A DNA stretch of 64,000 nt from Eledone cirrhosa (Eukaryota), in assembly GCA_964016885.1 (NCBI GenBank), contig OZ024742.1, positions 366,234,001 to 366,298,000 on the forward strand, written 5' to 3'. Below, piece after piece: positions 46,066-60,384 of this stretch. A model generated the notes under the pieces. That model was not told the origin of the DNA, searched no databases, and saw only the letters and a program-made list of their open reading frames with translations. Position numbers and translations under genes: made by a program. Every line of letters begins with the position of its first letter. Within the stretch, counting starts at the first letter, position 1.

Positions 46066-46424
46066 TATTATTTCAGTCTTCTATATTTGGTCTTTGTTAC
46101 ATTTTTTTTATTCTGTCATTTAGTTTGTTGTTGTTATTGTTTTATATAAAGAAAAAAATATTAGCTTTATTGGCAAATAACCAGAGGAGATGGAAGAAAT
46201 GTTGCAATGTTTAGTATTGTCTATAGAATGGTGGATTATGGCTTTAGGAAGAGAGCTGATCAATGGTACAGCTCTCTCTCCTTATTTATCTATCTATATC
46301 TATGTATAGATGTGTGTGTGTGTGCGTCAGTATAGTACATGCATGTGTATATATGCACACACACACATATATACATGCATACTTACATGCATATACATGT
46401 ATATATACATATATTAATACACAC

Positions 46425-46557
<133 letters not shown>

Positions 46558-47334
46558 TTTATACCCACACTCATATTGTAGTAACCACAAGTGATTATTA
46601 CAGTTATCTGTGTCGTTATAAACTTTTACCCACTTTGTTGACTTATCTGTCCGAATAAATTTGACCAGCTCAATTGTTCTAATACAAATACTCCTTAGCT
46701 CATAACTTGTGATTCAAAGATCCTAAACTAATAGAGTCATATTTAGTTGATATGAACAATTTAACATGTAGCAATTTTGAGCTTTTAGCTGTTTTTAGTT
46801 TTGACTCTACTTAAAGTATTTTGATGGACATCAAGATGTCCAACCATTGTGGCCATTACTGTATGTATATATGTATATATGTATATATATATGTGTATGA
46901 GTGTATATATATATGTGTGTGTATATATATATATGTGTATATATGCGTGTGTATATATATGCGTGTGTATATGTATACGTGTGTGTATATATATATATAT
47001 GTGTGTGTATATGTACGTGTGTATATATATATATGTGTGTGTATATGTATATATACACAAGAGAGATGTATTTTAACTTTAATTATATCTCATAAAATAA
47101 TACAACTGGCTTTCCACAAAATACATATAGTTAGCACACCAAACACTTAAATTGGGTTTATACTAACATATAACCTAATGTTTGTTGAGTGAGATGGTTA
47201 CCAGTCGGAGTTTAGCTTTAAGCTATCTCTGTTATTGTATTAAATATGTGTGTATATATGTGTATGTGTATGTATATATGAGTATGTATGTGTGTGTGTA
47301 TATGTATGTGTGTGTATATATATATGTGTGTATA

Positions 47335-47401
47335 TCGGTAGGGGTTCTCATACATGGATATAAAGTAGTGGCCGTACTCGAAAACGAGTTGGCAGCCACC
47401 A
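47335..47401 (+). mobile_element. 3' fragment of the family C RTE-derived element
   Basis: Near-identical 3' terminus ...CTCGAAAACGAGTTGGCAGCCACCA. Confidence 0.85.
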
Positions 47402-47526
47402 TAAATATATATATATGTGTGCATGTGTGTGTATATATATATATGTATATATATGTATATATATATATATGTATATGTATGGTGACGAAACATAAGTCAA
47501 TTGCATGAACTCATAATCCTTTATTT

Positions 47527-47582
47527 ACTGCTATATATATTTCGATGATAGCCATTGAATGGCTATGATCTCATCAGGCAGT
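47527..47582 (-). ncRNA. type I hammerhead ribozyme motif (canonical core)
   Basis: ACTGC-CTGATGA-GATcATAGCCATtcaATGGCTATcATC-GAAA-TATATA-TA^GCAGT. Confidence 0.9.
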
Positions 47583-47703
47583 CAGTCAGTTCTTAGATAT
47601 GCCAGCTCTGTGTGTATAGTGTTGGGACACATATATATATGTGTATGTATGTATGTGTATGTATATGTATATATATGTGTGTATATGTGTATATATGTAT
47701 GTA

Positions 47704-47852
47704 TAGCGAGGGAAGTGTGGTGGGGGGCCGGATGGACCATGGCGCACCGGAGTGCTCAATACTTGGGGTGGTATAGTTGGTAATAGGAACAAGTATGACC
47801 CCGACGGCAGAGCTCAAGCCGTTTCGACGGCTATTTCTGGACTCAATTAGTC
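47704..47852 (-). mobile_element. family A copy with clustered A>G changes on the plus strand
   Basis: Manual alignment to 2922-3000. Confidence 0.85.
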
Positions 47853-47966
47853 TATATTAATGTATATACATATGTATGTGTATATATGTGTGTATGTATG
47901 TATGTGCATGTGTATGTATATATATATATATGTGTATGTGTGTATGTGTATATGTATATATATGTG

Positions 47967-47997
<31 letters not shown>

Positions 47998-48329
47998 GTA
48001 TATGTATATGGATATTTATGTGTATATGTATATATGTATATATATGTATGTGTATATGTATGTGTATGTGTATACATGTGTATATGTATATGTGTATGTA
48101 TATGTATGTATATGTATATGTATGTATATGTATATGAATGTTTATATGTATATATGTATGTATGTATATGTATGTGTATGTATGTATGTATATGTATATG
48201 TATATGTGTATGTATATGTGTGTATATATGTATGTATGTATATGTATGTATGTATGTATGTTTATGTATGTATATATATATGTATGTATATGTGTGTATG
48301 TATGTATATGTATATATATGTATGTATAA

Positions 48330-48899
48330 CCAGTACAACCTGTCTCATGGTCGGGTCGTTGGCGACTAAACTGGCAACCCCACCAAGGTTTCTTGGTGAG
48401 GAGGGTGACTTTGGACATCCTGCAGGACTAAAAACAAAACCTGTCAAAGGGCAAAGGAGCTCTTAAGAGTCAATGGCCATCCAAAATCACCGGGAGAGAT
48501 GACCCCTTAGCCTTTGTCAAGGCAGAATTCTAGGAGAAGGAAAACTCTGATATAACACCTGCAACCCTGATGGTATCCAATGATGTTGACTTGTTCTTCT
48601 TTTTGGTAAATATCATCTTGGTTAAGAGAGTGGGACTGGCTTTGTGCAGTGCCTTTGCTCACTATAAAAGCTTCACGGCACAGGCATTGCTTTATATCTG
48701 GAGATCTCTCTGCACTTGTCGTCACATGGTACCATGGGCCCAACACTATGTGTCAATAATTGTCACAAGTGTAGTCTTTGTACCAGAGTTTTCAAGTCGC
48801 TGGCTGGACTAAAAAGTCACTCGTTCAGCGCATCAGTAGGGGTTCTCCTACATGGATATAAAGTAGTGGCCGTACTCGAAAACGAGTTGGCAGCCACCA
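48330..48899 (+). mobile_element. family C RTE-derived element (5' ~37 bp missing)
   Basis: Apparently identical to 53838-54407. Confidence 0.85.
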
Positions 48900-49261
48900 T
48901 ATATATGTATGTATGTATGTATATGTATTTATATATGTATGTTTGTATATGTATGTATGTATGTGTATGTATGTATGTATGTATGTATGTATGTATATAT
49001 ATGTATGTATATGTATATGTGTGTGTATATGTGTATATATATGTATATGTGTATGTGTATGTATATATGTGTATATATATGTGTATATGTATGTATATGT
49101 ATATGTGTATGTGTGTATATATGTATGTATATATGTATATATATGTATATATATGTATGTATATGTATGTATATATGTATGTGTGTATGTGTATATATGT
49201 ATATATATGTATGTATGTGTATGTATGTGTATGTGTATATGAATGTATGTGTATATGTATA

Positions 49262-49292
<31 letters not shown>

Positions 49293-49687
49293 GTGTGTAT
49301 GTATATATATATATATATGTATATGTATGTATGTATATATGTGTATATATGTATGTATGTATGTATATGTATATGTATGTATATGTGTATGTATATATGT
49401 GTATATATATATATATGTATGTATATATATATATGTATGTATGTGTGTATGTATGTATATGTGTGTATATGTGTGTATGTATGTATATGTATATATATAT
49501 ATATGTGTGTATGTATATATATATATATGTATGTGTGTGTATGTATGTATGTATATGTATGTATGTGTGTATATGTATGTATATGTATATATATATATAT
49601 GTATGTATGTATATATATATATATATGTATGTATGTATGTATATATATATGTGTATGTGTGTATGTGTATGTATGTATGTATGTATG

Positions 49688-49718
<31 letters not shown>

Positions 49719-50565
49719 GTATGTATGTATGTATGTATGTATATGTATGTATGTATGTATGTATGTATATGTATATATGTATGTATGTATATATATATAT
49801 ATGTATGTATGTGTGTATATATATATATATGTATGTATGTATATGTCTATATGTGTATATATGTATGTATGTATATGTCTATGTATATATATATGTATGT
49901 ATGTATATGTCTATGTATGTATGTGTGTATGTATGTATGTATATGCATGTATATATATATATATATGTATGTATGTGTATGCATATATGTGTATATGTGT
50001 GTATGTATGTATATGTATGTGTATGTGTGTATGTATGTATATATATATATATATGTGTATATGTATGTATGTATATATATGTGTGTATGTATGTATGTAT
50101 ATGTATATGTGTATATGTGTATGTATATGTATGTATATATGTATGTATATGTATGTATATGTGTATGTATATGTGTATATGTATATGTATGTATATATAT
50201 GTGTATGTATGTATGTATATATATGTATATGTGTGTATGTATGTATGTGTATATGTATGTATGTATGTATATGTATATGTGTGTATGTATGTATATGTAT
50301 ATATATATGTATGTATGTATATGTGTGTATATGTATGTATGTATATGTGTGTATGTGTGTATGTATGTATATATATGTATATATGTATGTATGTATGTAT
50401 ATATATGTATGTATGTATGTATATATGTATGTATATATGTATGTATATGTATATGTATGTATATATGTATGTATATATATATATGTGTATGTATATGTGT
50501 GTATGTATATATATATGTATGTGTGTGTGTATGTATGTATATGTATGTATATGTATATGTATGTG

Positions 50566-50598
<33 letters not shown>

Positions 50599-50755
50599 GT
50601 ATGTGTGTATATGTATATATATGTATGTATGTGTGTATATGTGTATATGTGTATATATGTATATATGTATGTATGTGTGTATGTATATATATATATATGT
50701 ATATATGTATGTATGTGTATATATATGTATGTATGTATGTATATGTGTATGTATG

Positions 50756-50787
<32 letters not shown>

Positions 50788-50788
<1 letters not shown>

Positions 50789-51254
50789 TTTCTCTTTCTC
50801 TTAATTTTGAGTATATTTTTTTTTGACCGGCCACCTTCCTGGTGGCAAGGTTGTAAAAGAAAAGAAATTGTCATCCCTTGAATCGCAAGAATGTTTTGCA
50901 TATTTTGAAGGTGCCAGCTATCGCAGCCATTTGTAGACTATGAATTAGGGAGCTGCGCTTTTTGTCCACAAATCCAAGTTCGGTCATACTTTGGTCCAAG
51001 CGGGTTGGTATATAACCCGTAGCACCAATAATGATGGGTATGAAGCTAAAGTTGTATCTTGGATACTGGATTTGTAAGCTCCTCATCAATGGTCCGTAGA
51101 TGTCCTCCTTCTCCTGTATTTTTCTGACAACGTTTACATCAAGTGGGCGGCTGATCTCCACAACAGAACACGTTTTCAATGTGTGGTCCCAAACTACAAT
51201 ATCAGGCCGGTTGTGCTTTAATCTGGTGGCAGTTTTTATTTTCAGGTTCCACCA
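50788..51254 (-). mobile_element. 5'-truncated RLE-type non-LTR retrotransposon (R4/Dong-like) inserted in (CATA)n
   Basis: WWNLKIKT..LKHNRPDIVVWD..CSVVEISRPLD.N..K..EK..Y..L...IPIIIGATG is a PD-(D/E)xK restriction-like endonuclease; short 3'UTR. Confidence 0.85.
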
Positions 51255-51871
51255 GTATGTATGTATGTATGTATGTATGTATGTATGTATGTATGTATGT
51301 ATGTATGTATGTATGTATGTATGTATGTGTATGTATGTGTATGTATGTATGTATATATGTATGTATATGTATGTATGTATATATATGTATGTATGTATGT
51401 GTATATGTATGTATGTGTATGTATGTATATGTATGTATGTATATGTGTGTATGTATGTATATGTATGTATATGTATGTATGTGTATATATGTGTGTATGT
51501 ATGTATGTATGTATGTATATGTATGTATGTATATATATGTATATGTATGTGTGTATATGTATGTATGTATATGTATGTATATGTATATATGTATGTGTGT
51601 GTATATATATATGTGTATATGTATGTATGTATATGTATGTATGTATGTGTATATGTATATATATGTATGTATGTATGTGTATATATGTATATATATGTAT
51701 GTATGTGTATGTATATGTATATATATATATGTATGTATGTATGTGTATGTGTGTGTATATATGTGTATGTATGTAGATGTATATATATGTATGTATGTAT
51801 ATGTATATATGTGTATATATGTATGTATGTGTATGTGTATGTATATATGTATGTATGTGTATGTGTATATG

Positions 51872-51903
<32 letters not shown>

Positions 51904-53800
51904 TATGTCTATATGTATGTATGTATGTATGTATATATATATGTATGTATGTATGTATATGTATATATATGTATGTATGTATGTATGTATATGTATATGT
52001 GTATGTATATATATATGTGTATGTGTGTATGTGTATATGTATATATATGTATGTGTGTATATGTATATGTATATATATGTATGTATGTATGTATGTATAT
52101 GTATATGTGTATATGTATGTATGTATGTATATGTATGTGTATATATGTATGTATGTATGTGTATGTATATATATATGTGTATGTATGTATGTATATGTAT
52201 ATGTATGTGTGTATGTGTGTGTATGTATATATATATGTATGTATATGTATATATATATATATATATGTGTATGTATATATATATGTATGTATGTGTGTAT
52301 GTGTGTGTATATATATATGTATGTATGTATATGTATATATATGTATATGTATGTATGTATGTATGTATATGTATGTATGTATGTGTATGTTATATATATA
52401 TGTATGTATGTATGTATGTATATGTATGTATGTATATGTGTGTTATATATATATGTATGTATGTATGTATGTATATCTATGTATGTATATGTATGTTATG
52501 TATATATGTATGTATGTATGTATGTATATGTATGTATATGTATGTATGTATATGTATGTATGTTATATATATATATATATATGTATTTATGTATATGTAT
52601 GTATATGTGTGTATGTATGTATGTATATGTATGTATGTATATGTATGTATATATATATATGTATGTATGTATATGTATGTATGTATGTGTATGTATGTAT
52701 GTGTATGTATGTATATGTATGTATGTGTATGTATATGTATGTATGTTATATGTATGTATTTATGTTGCATGTATATATGTATGTTATATGTATATGTGTA
52801 TGTTATATATATGTATGTATGTTATATATGTATGTATGTATGTATGTATATGTATATATATGTATATGTTATATATATGTATATATGTTATATGTATATA
52901 TATATATGTATGTTATATGTATGTATGTATATGTATATATATATATGTATGTTATGTATATGTATGTATATGTATATGTATATATGTATGTTATATGTAT
53001 GTATGTATGTATATATGTATGTGTATGTATGTGTGTATATATATATATGTATGTATGTATATATATGTATGTATATGTATATATGTATGTATATGTATAT
53101 ATATATATGTATATGTATGTATATGTATGTATGTATGTATATGTATATATATATATGTATGTATGTATATGTATATGTATGTATGTATGTATGTATATGT
53201 ATATATATATGTATATGTTTGTATGTATATGTATATGTGTATGTATGTATATGTATGTGTATATATATATATGTATGTATGTGTATATGTGTATGTATGT
53301 GTATGTATATGTATATGTGTATGTGTATATATGTGTATATATGTATGTATGTATGTATGTGTATGTGTATGTGTATGTGTATGTATGTATGTATATATAT
53401 GTATATATGTATGTATGTATGTATATGTATATGTATGTATATATGTGTGTATGTATGTATATGTATGTATATGTATGTATGTATATGTATGTATATATGT
53501 ATGTATGTATGTATGTGTATGTATATATATGTATGTATGTATGTATGTATATGTATATATATATATGTATGTATATGTATATATATGTATGTATGTATAT
53601 GTATGTGTATGTATATGTATATGTATGTATGTATGTGTATGTGTATGTGTATATATATGTATGTATGTGTATATGTATGTATGTATGTGTATGTATATGT
53701 GTATATATGTGTATGTATGTATGTATATGTATATATGTGTGTATGTATGTATGTGTATATATATGTGTATGTATGTATATGTATATATATATGTATTTAT

Positions 53801-54407
53801 GTCAGGTCACCAGTTGGTGCTACTGGTAACATGTATCCCAGTACAACCTGTCTCATGGTCGGGTCGTTGGCGACTAAACTGGCAACCCCACCAAGGTTTC
53901 TTGGTGAGGAGGGTGACTTTGGACATCCTGCAGGACTAAAAACAAAACCTGTCAAAGGGCAAAGGAGCTCTTAAGAGTCAATGGCCATCCAAAATCACCG
54001 GGAGAGATGACCCCTTAGCCTTTGTCAAGGCAGAATTCTAGGAGAAGGAAAACTCTGATATAACACCTGCAACCCTGATGGTATCCAATGATGTTGACTT
54101 GTTCTTCTTTTTGGTAAATATCATCTTGGTTAAGAGAGTGGGACTGGCTTTGTGCAGTGCCTTTGCTCACTATAAAAGCTTCACGGCACAGGCATTGCTT
54201 TATATCTGGAGATCTCTCTGCACTTGTCGTCACATGGTACCATGGGCCCAACACTATGTGTCAATAATTGTCACAAGTGTAGTCTTTGTACCAGAGTTTT
54301 CAAGTCGCTGGCTGGACTAAAAAGTCACTCGTTCAGCGCATCAGTAGGGGTTCTCCTACATGGATATAAAGTAGTGGCCGTACTCGAAAACGAGTTGGCA
54401 GCCACCA
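53801..54407 (+). mobile_element. family C RTE-derived element, full length
   Basis: Homologous to 28275-28883. Confidence 0.85.
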
Positions 54408-54494
54408 TATATATATATATATATGAAACAAAAAAAAGGAAAAGAGTGACTTCACTTATAGTTCTAAAAAATTGATTTAATTTTATATTATAAT

Positions 54495-54675
54495 AATTGT
54501 TGCTACTTTTGGCACAAGGCCAGCAATTACCCAGTACATTACTGGTAGTTTATTTTATCGACCCAGTAGGGATGAAAAGCAAAGTTAACCTCGGTGGGAT
54601 TTGAACTCAGAATGGTAAGGGCCGTAACTCTATGCGTCAAAGTATGGCGTCCGATCCTCTACCGATACTGCCAAT
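54495..54675 (-). mobile_element. tRNA-derived SINE, family 1
   Basis: Reverse-complement full unit. Confidence 0.88.
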
Positions 54676-54795
54676 CCACCATGAGTTGGTAGATCTAGTG
54701 AGTTCTTTTTTAACTTCGGTGGGAAGATTTTTAAAGATTCCTCGTCAACTTTCCTGGGGAACTTTCTCACATTCGTCGGTGGCGATTGTCAAACT

Positions 54796-54847
<52 letters not shown>

Positions 54848-55019
54848 ATTTTTCGCTCCACATGGCTGAATACAATAAATGTAATCTGAATTTTTCGAAT
54901 ATTGATAATAATATTCGATTCGTTTGCAATTATACAAACAAACCTCATTTTAAAGCCATGTCAGTAGAATGAACCCCCACCCCATTCTTGCTCTTGTGTT
55001 GGCACGTATATATATATAT

Positions 55020-55265
55020 AATTGGTGTTGGATGCTTAAAGCGTCCGTGTGCGGTAGGCCGTATGAGCATTCTCTGCCCTCGTAGAGCAGAGTATGATAT
55101 CACAAAAAAAGGAGAATCAGTATTACGACGAATGGAATTTATTGGACATATTACAATCGTTTCTCTGGCGGCCAGCTCGAGGCACGATCGATGTGATGAT
55201 TGAACCTGACTCTGAACATCGCAAGGTCCTCAGATACATCTTGATTCTACGAACCAGATTTTCCT
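55020..55265 (-). mobile_element. TA-flanked pLTR-like element with HHR at 55145-55240
   Basis: GATGTAT-CTGAGGA-...-GAAA-CGATTG-TA^ATATGTC; stem II imperfect; distantly similar to 60104-60384. Confidence 0.7.
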
Positions 55266-55420
55266 ATATATACATGTATATCTATATATATGAAAATTTC
55301 ATAGGCTAACAATAAGTATTGAAGTTTCCGCTGAAAGTTGAAAAAGTCATAGGAGTGAAGAGTGTTCTATGTAAGTACCAGAGCAAAATTTAATGTATAA
55401 TAAACAATACAATATAATTA

Positions 55421-55488
55421 CCTCATTACCAGAGGTTTCTCGAATAAGACGAATATGAAAAACGTCCTCATTTGTTCGTCGGACAAGG
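55421..55488 (-). ncRNA. HHR motif of the left pLTR (core CCGACGA)
   Basis: Mirror of 59981-60048. Confidence 0.7.
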
Positions 55489-56635
55489 CAATTTAAAACA
55501 TAGTGAAATATTTGGAAAGTCTCCTCAAGAAAAGCAAAAAATATATAAATAAAAGTAATGCAAGAGATATATAAAAAAATATAAAAATAATATAAGGAAA
55601 TATTGTTAGGGTATGCGTATATGTATGTATATACACTCACAAATGTACATATGTGTGTATGTACAAATGCATGTGTATGGTGAAAATGTGTGCGTAATTA
55701 CATATATGAGGGCAAGTATATTTGTGTGTATGTGACCACAAATACGTATATAATATGAGTTGAAAAAGAAATTGTATGATAAATTGTATGACACGCATCC
55801 AGATGCAGGTATTAAATACACATACGAGTATGAAAGCACGCGTATAAACACACACACACGCGCGGTCACTTATATGCGGAAGATAAAGGGGGAAGGGAGT
55901 GTAATAGTAAAAAGAAGTGTCATTCTCGATATATGTATAAAAATGAAACAAAATATGAGAATAAAAAAATGTTCAAATCAAAGAGAAAGTAATCAATTAA
56001 CACTAGAGAAAAGAAAACAAACATAGGTACGCACGTACACACACATATATATATATATAAATATTTATACACACAAATACGTACAGACAAAAGCGCATGC
56101 ATGCGTACATACATACACACGAGGCACGTAAATATATATATATCGCTCCATGTATATCTAATCACACGTACGTACGCGACTATATATATATATACACATA
56201 TACATACATATACATATATACACATATACATACACATACATTCACCCGCATACACACACACGTAAAAATAAGAATGTAAAAAACATAGATATAAAAAAAC
56301 ATAGATATAAAAACACACATACACACACATATATATACGTACGCACGCACACATACGGAGGCGTTCGTATACATATACAGAACGTATACACACATCTGCA
56401 CACTCACACACATAGATACAGATTATAAATCAGCCATATAAATAAATGAGTACAAATATAAAATCGGATGCGAAACAACAGAATATATCTGGAGTGGAAA
56501 ACGCAAGTGACATTTAATATCAGGTAGTGAAAGAAAATGGGGAAGTAAAATGTGGAATGTGAAGATATTAGGTAAGTGAATCGAAAAGTAGGGGGGGGGG
56601 GGATTACTGGTGGATGTGAAGTAAAAATAAAATTA

Positions 56636-58700
56636 ATATCCCAACACCTTCTAACACTTCCTACACGAACACGCTGATAGACAAAGTAGAGAAAGTTGTT
56701 AAAAGAATGAGATGGAAAGCTTTGATTCTCGATGGACACTTTAACACGGACTCTACGGAACATTTTGATATCAAAACTCATAAATACCCGCAAAGAGTAA
56801 AAGATATGACCGCCTTTGAACTAGACTTAGTTAATCTAATCAACAATATCAATTTTCGGAAGTACTCTAACCCTTTTCAATCTAAACTATCTAATGATAT
56901 TTCAATATTCAAATCTTCTAAAAATAAGTTCATTTTCTCCGACAAAACTAAAAACTTATACGAAGTTAATAATAATTTACATGACCAACTCTTAATAGAT
57001 AACATCACCTCTAAATACCAAATAGCTCATATAAACACGTATAATAATATAAATAAGGAAGCTAAAGAATTAGCTAGTTATTTAAAAATAGATAATAGGA
57101 CAGAAAAACTTGCTAAACGTAATGCATAGATCACCCTTAAAGATCACAAACCTGACTTTATTAATCGTCCTAGTTGTAGATTAATCAACCTTGCTAAGAC
57201 TGATATCGGTCTTGCCAGCAACAATTTTTTAAATAATATAAACACAGATTAGAAGTAAGTCTGAATTACTCCAATGGATAAATAGCTCTTCCGTAGTACA
57301 TTGGTTTAATGATATTAAAGATAAAAATAGTCCTAGATTCACCCAATTTGACATTGTAGATTTCTGCCCGTCTATCACTCAGACTCTTTTAGCGAAAGCC
57401 TTAAATTTCGCTAGAAAGTTTACCAATATTTCTGATATTGAAGAGAATGTCATCTTGCATGCTAGAAACACTCTACTCTTTACTGATAATGACACTTGGG
57501 TAAAAATATCTAACCCAGAGAACCCATTCGATGTCTCAATGGGCTCTTTTGACTGCTGATGTTTGTGATTTAGTCGGCCTATTCCTCCTACACACACTTA
57601 AAGAAAAATTCCCTAACCATATTTTTGGGCTTTATCGCGATGATGGTCTAATACTTTCCCATACCACCATAGGTCATAACTTAGATAGATTAAGGAAAGA
57701 CTTAATAAAAACCTTCGCTAGTTTTAATCTTAAAATTACTATTGACACTAACCTTTCCAATGTTAATTTTCTAGATATAAACCTAGATTTGCCTACTGCT
57801 TCTTATAAACCATACCATAAACCTAATGAAAATTTAAAATATATAAATAAAGGCTCTTGCCATCCTCCTATAGTTTTTAAAAATCTTATCCCTAATATTA
57901 GCCGTAGGATCTTCACCCTCTCTTCCTCAGAAGCTATTTTCAATAAGGCACCCCCCTACTATAATAAAGCCCTTCAAAATAGCGGATTTAGCGAACCGAT
58001 TAAGTACATACCCAACAATACTAACTCCTTTAAACATAATAATAGGAAAAGAAAAATAATCTGGTTCACACCCCCTACTCTCTAGCAGTTAAAACTAATG
58101 TAGGCAAAACATTCCTAGAGCTCTTAGATAAACATTTCCCTAGAACACATAGATACTATAAGATCTTCAATAGAAATTGTGTCAAAATTAGCTACTCCTG
58201 CGGTCCCCCCTATTAAATCTTATATCATCAATAAGAAATCACCCATAGAACATCAAAATTGCTCCTGTAGAGTCAAAAGTGAATGCCCATTACAAGGTAA
58301 ATGCAACACCAAAGCCATTGTATATGCGGCTAAAGTGACAACCATCAGCAACAACCAACCAGCCACCAGCGAACGATATGTGGGTATGACACAAGACAAA
58401 TTCAAAACGCGTTATTACTCACATGTCGCATCTTTCCGACATCCGGAAAAAAGATTCACAACAGTTCTGGCTAGCAGAATATGGGATTTGAAAGACCAAG
58501 GTATCCAATATAAATTGGATTGGTCAATTTTGAACCAATCTAAAGAATATGCAAGAGGAACAAGAAGATGCACAATCTGCATAAGTGAAACATATTGGAT
58601 GTTACGGAACCTTAAATCACCAAAAAACCTGCCTAAATACAAAAAAAGAAATTTTCACCAGTTGCCGACACATGAAATCACACATGCATTCCAGCTCATA
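56636..58700 (+). pseudogene. Penelope-like RT/GIY-YIG polyprotein with stops and frameshifts
   Basis: NIPTPS..LIDKVE..KRMRWKA; ITLKDHKP..CRLIN; QFDIVDF.PSI; FDVSMGS; GLYRDDGL; FLDINLDL; IIWFTPP; CSCRVKSECPLQGKC; IVY..YVGMT..FKTRYYSH; CTICISE. Confidence 0.93.
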
Positions 58701-59980
58701 TAAACTTAACTCACTTTCAGATACTTATCCTCCATAAACTCTTATTCTTCACTTTCCTTAAATTATCCTCTTTACAGATTTCTCTTTCTGATTTACTTTC
58801 ATTTTTAACTTTATTTTTAATTTTATTTTTATTTTTACTTCACATCCACCAGTAACCCCTCCCCTACTTTTCGATTCACTTACCTAATATCTTCACATTC
58901 CACATTTTACTTCCCCATTTTCTTTCACTACCTGATATTAAATGTCACTTGCGTTTTCCACTCCAGATATATTCTGTTGTTTCGCAGCCGATTTTATATT
59001 TGTACTCATTTATTCATATGGCTGATTTATAATCTGTATCTATGCGTGTGAGTGTGCTTATGTGTGTATACGTTCTGTATATGTATACGAACGCCACCGT
59101 ATGTGTGCGTGCGTACGAATATATATGTGTGTGTATGTGAGTTTTTATATCTATGTTTTTTATATCTGTTTTTTACATTCTTATTTTTACGTGTGTGTGT
59201 ATGCGGGTGAATGTATGTGTATGTGTATGTATATGTATATATATGTATATGTATGTATGGGTGTGTATGTATATGTGTGTATATATATATATAGACGCGT
59301 ACGTACGTGTGATTAGATATACATGGGGCGATATATATATATACGTGCCTTGTGTGTATGTATGTACGTATGCATGCGCTTTTGTCTGTACGTATTTGTG
59401 TGTATAAATATTTATATATATATATATGTGTATGTACGTGCGTACCTATGTTTGTTTTCTTTTCTCTAGTGTTAATTGATTACTTTCTCTTTGATTTAAA
59501 CATTTTTTCATTCTCATATATTGTTTCATTTTTATACATATATCGAGAATGACACTTCTTTTTACTATTACACTCCCTTCCCCCTTTATCTTCCGCATAT
59601 AAGTGACCGCGCGTGTGTGTGTGTTTATACGCGTGCTTTCATACTCGTATGTGTATTTAATACCTGTATCTGGATGCGTGTCAACTATATTATCATACAA
59701 TTTCTTTTTCAACTCATATTATATACGTATTTGTGGTCACATACACACAAATATACTTGCCCTCATATATGTAATTACGCACACATTTTCACCATACACA
59801 TGCATTTGTACATACACACATATGTACATTTGTGAGTGTATATACATAGATATACACATACCCTAACTATATTTCCTTATATTTCCTTATATTTTTTTAT
59901 ATATCTCTTGCATTACTTTTATTTATATTTTTTGCCTTTCTTGAGGAGACTTTGCAAATATTTCACTATGTTTTAAATTG

Positions 59981-60048
59981 CCTTGTCCGACGAACAAATG
60001 AGGACGTTTTTCGTATTCGTCTTATTCGGGAAACCTCTGGTAATGAGG
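59981..60048 (+). ncRNA. HHR motif of the right pLTR (core CCGACGA)
   Basis: CCTTGT-CCGACGA-..AATGAGGACG..CGTCTTATT..-GAAA-CCTCTGG-TA^ATGAGG. Confidence 0.7.
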
Positions 60049-60103
60049 TAATTATATTGTATTGTTTATTATACATTATATATATATATATATATATATA
60101 TTT

Positions 60104-60384
60104 GTATAGTGGTAGCTATGGTGCTTCCGTAGGCGGTATGCCAAAATTAGCACTCGATATTCATCAGAGTAGAGTGTAGATATTATAAAGAAAACGAAAA
60201 ATCAGTGATGCATCTGGACTTAGTTTATTCCGTGTTACAAATGTTTCGCCGGCATGTAGCTCGAGTCATGGTCCTTGTATGGATCTGGGTGATTCTACTT
60301 CTGCGGCTTCTTTCAGACACGGGTGTTATGTCCGGAGCAAATTTTATCACTGATGCATCACTGATTTATTGTTTTCTTTATAAT
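60104..60384 (-). mobile_element. fold-back element with HHR at 60230-60322
   Basis: CCGTGT-CTGAAAGA-aGCCG...CGGC-GAAA-CATTTG-TA^ACACGG; short inverted arm 60353-60384, left extension. Confidence 0.78.

Larger units (their letters stand above)
47858..53800. repeat. ~6 kb degenerate (TATG/TA/TG)n satellite carrying retroelement insertions
   Basis: Seen directly; source of the MYVC ORFs. Confidence 0.97.
55292..60078 (+). mobile_element. Penelope-like element with inverted pLTRs (left arm ~55391-56636 plus ~100 bp extension; right arm ~58827-60078)
   Basis: ~1.25 kb inverted arms surround an RT-GIY-YIG ORF; each arm has an HHR; TA-rich flanks. Confidence 0.93.

Noticed and set aside
48716-53974. 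600-900 aa MYVC-type ORFs
   Set aside because: The TATG satellite lacks stop codons by composition.
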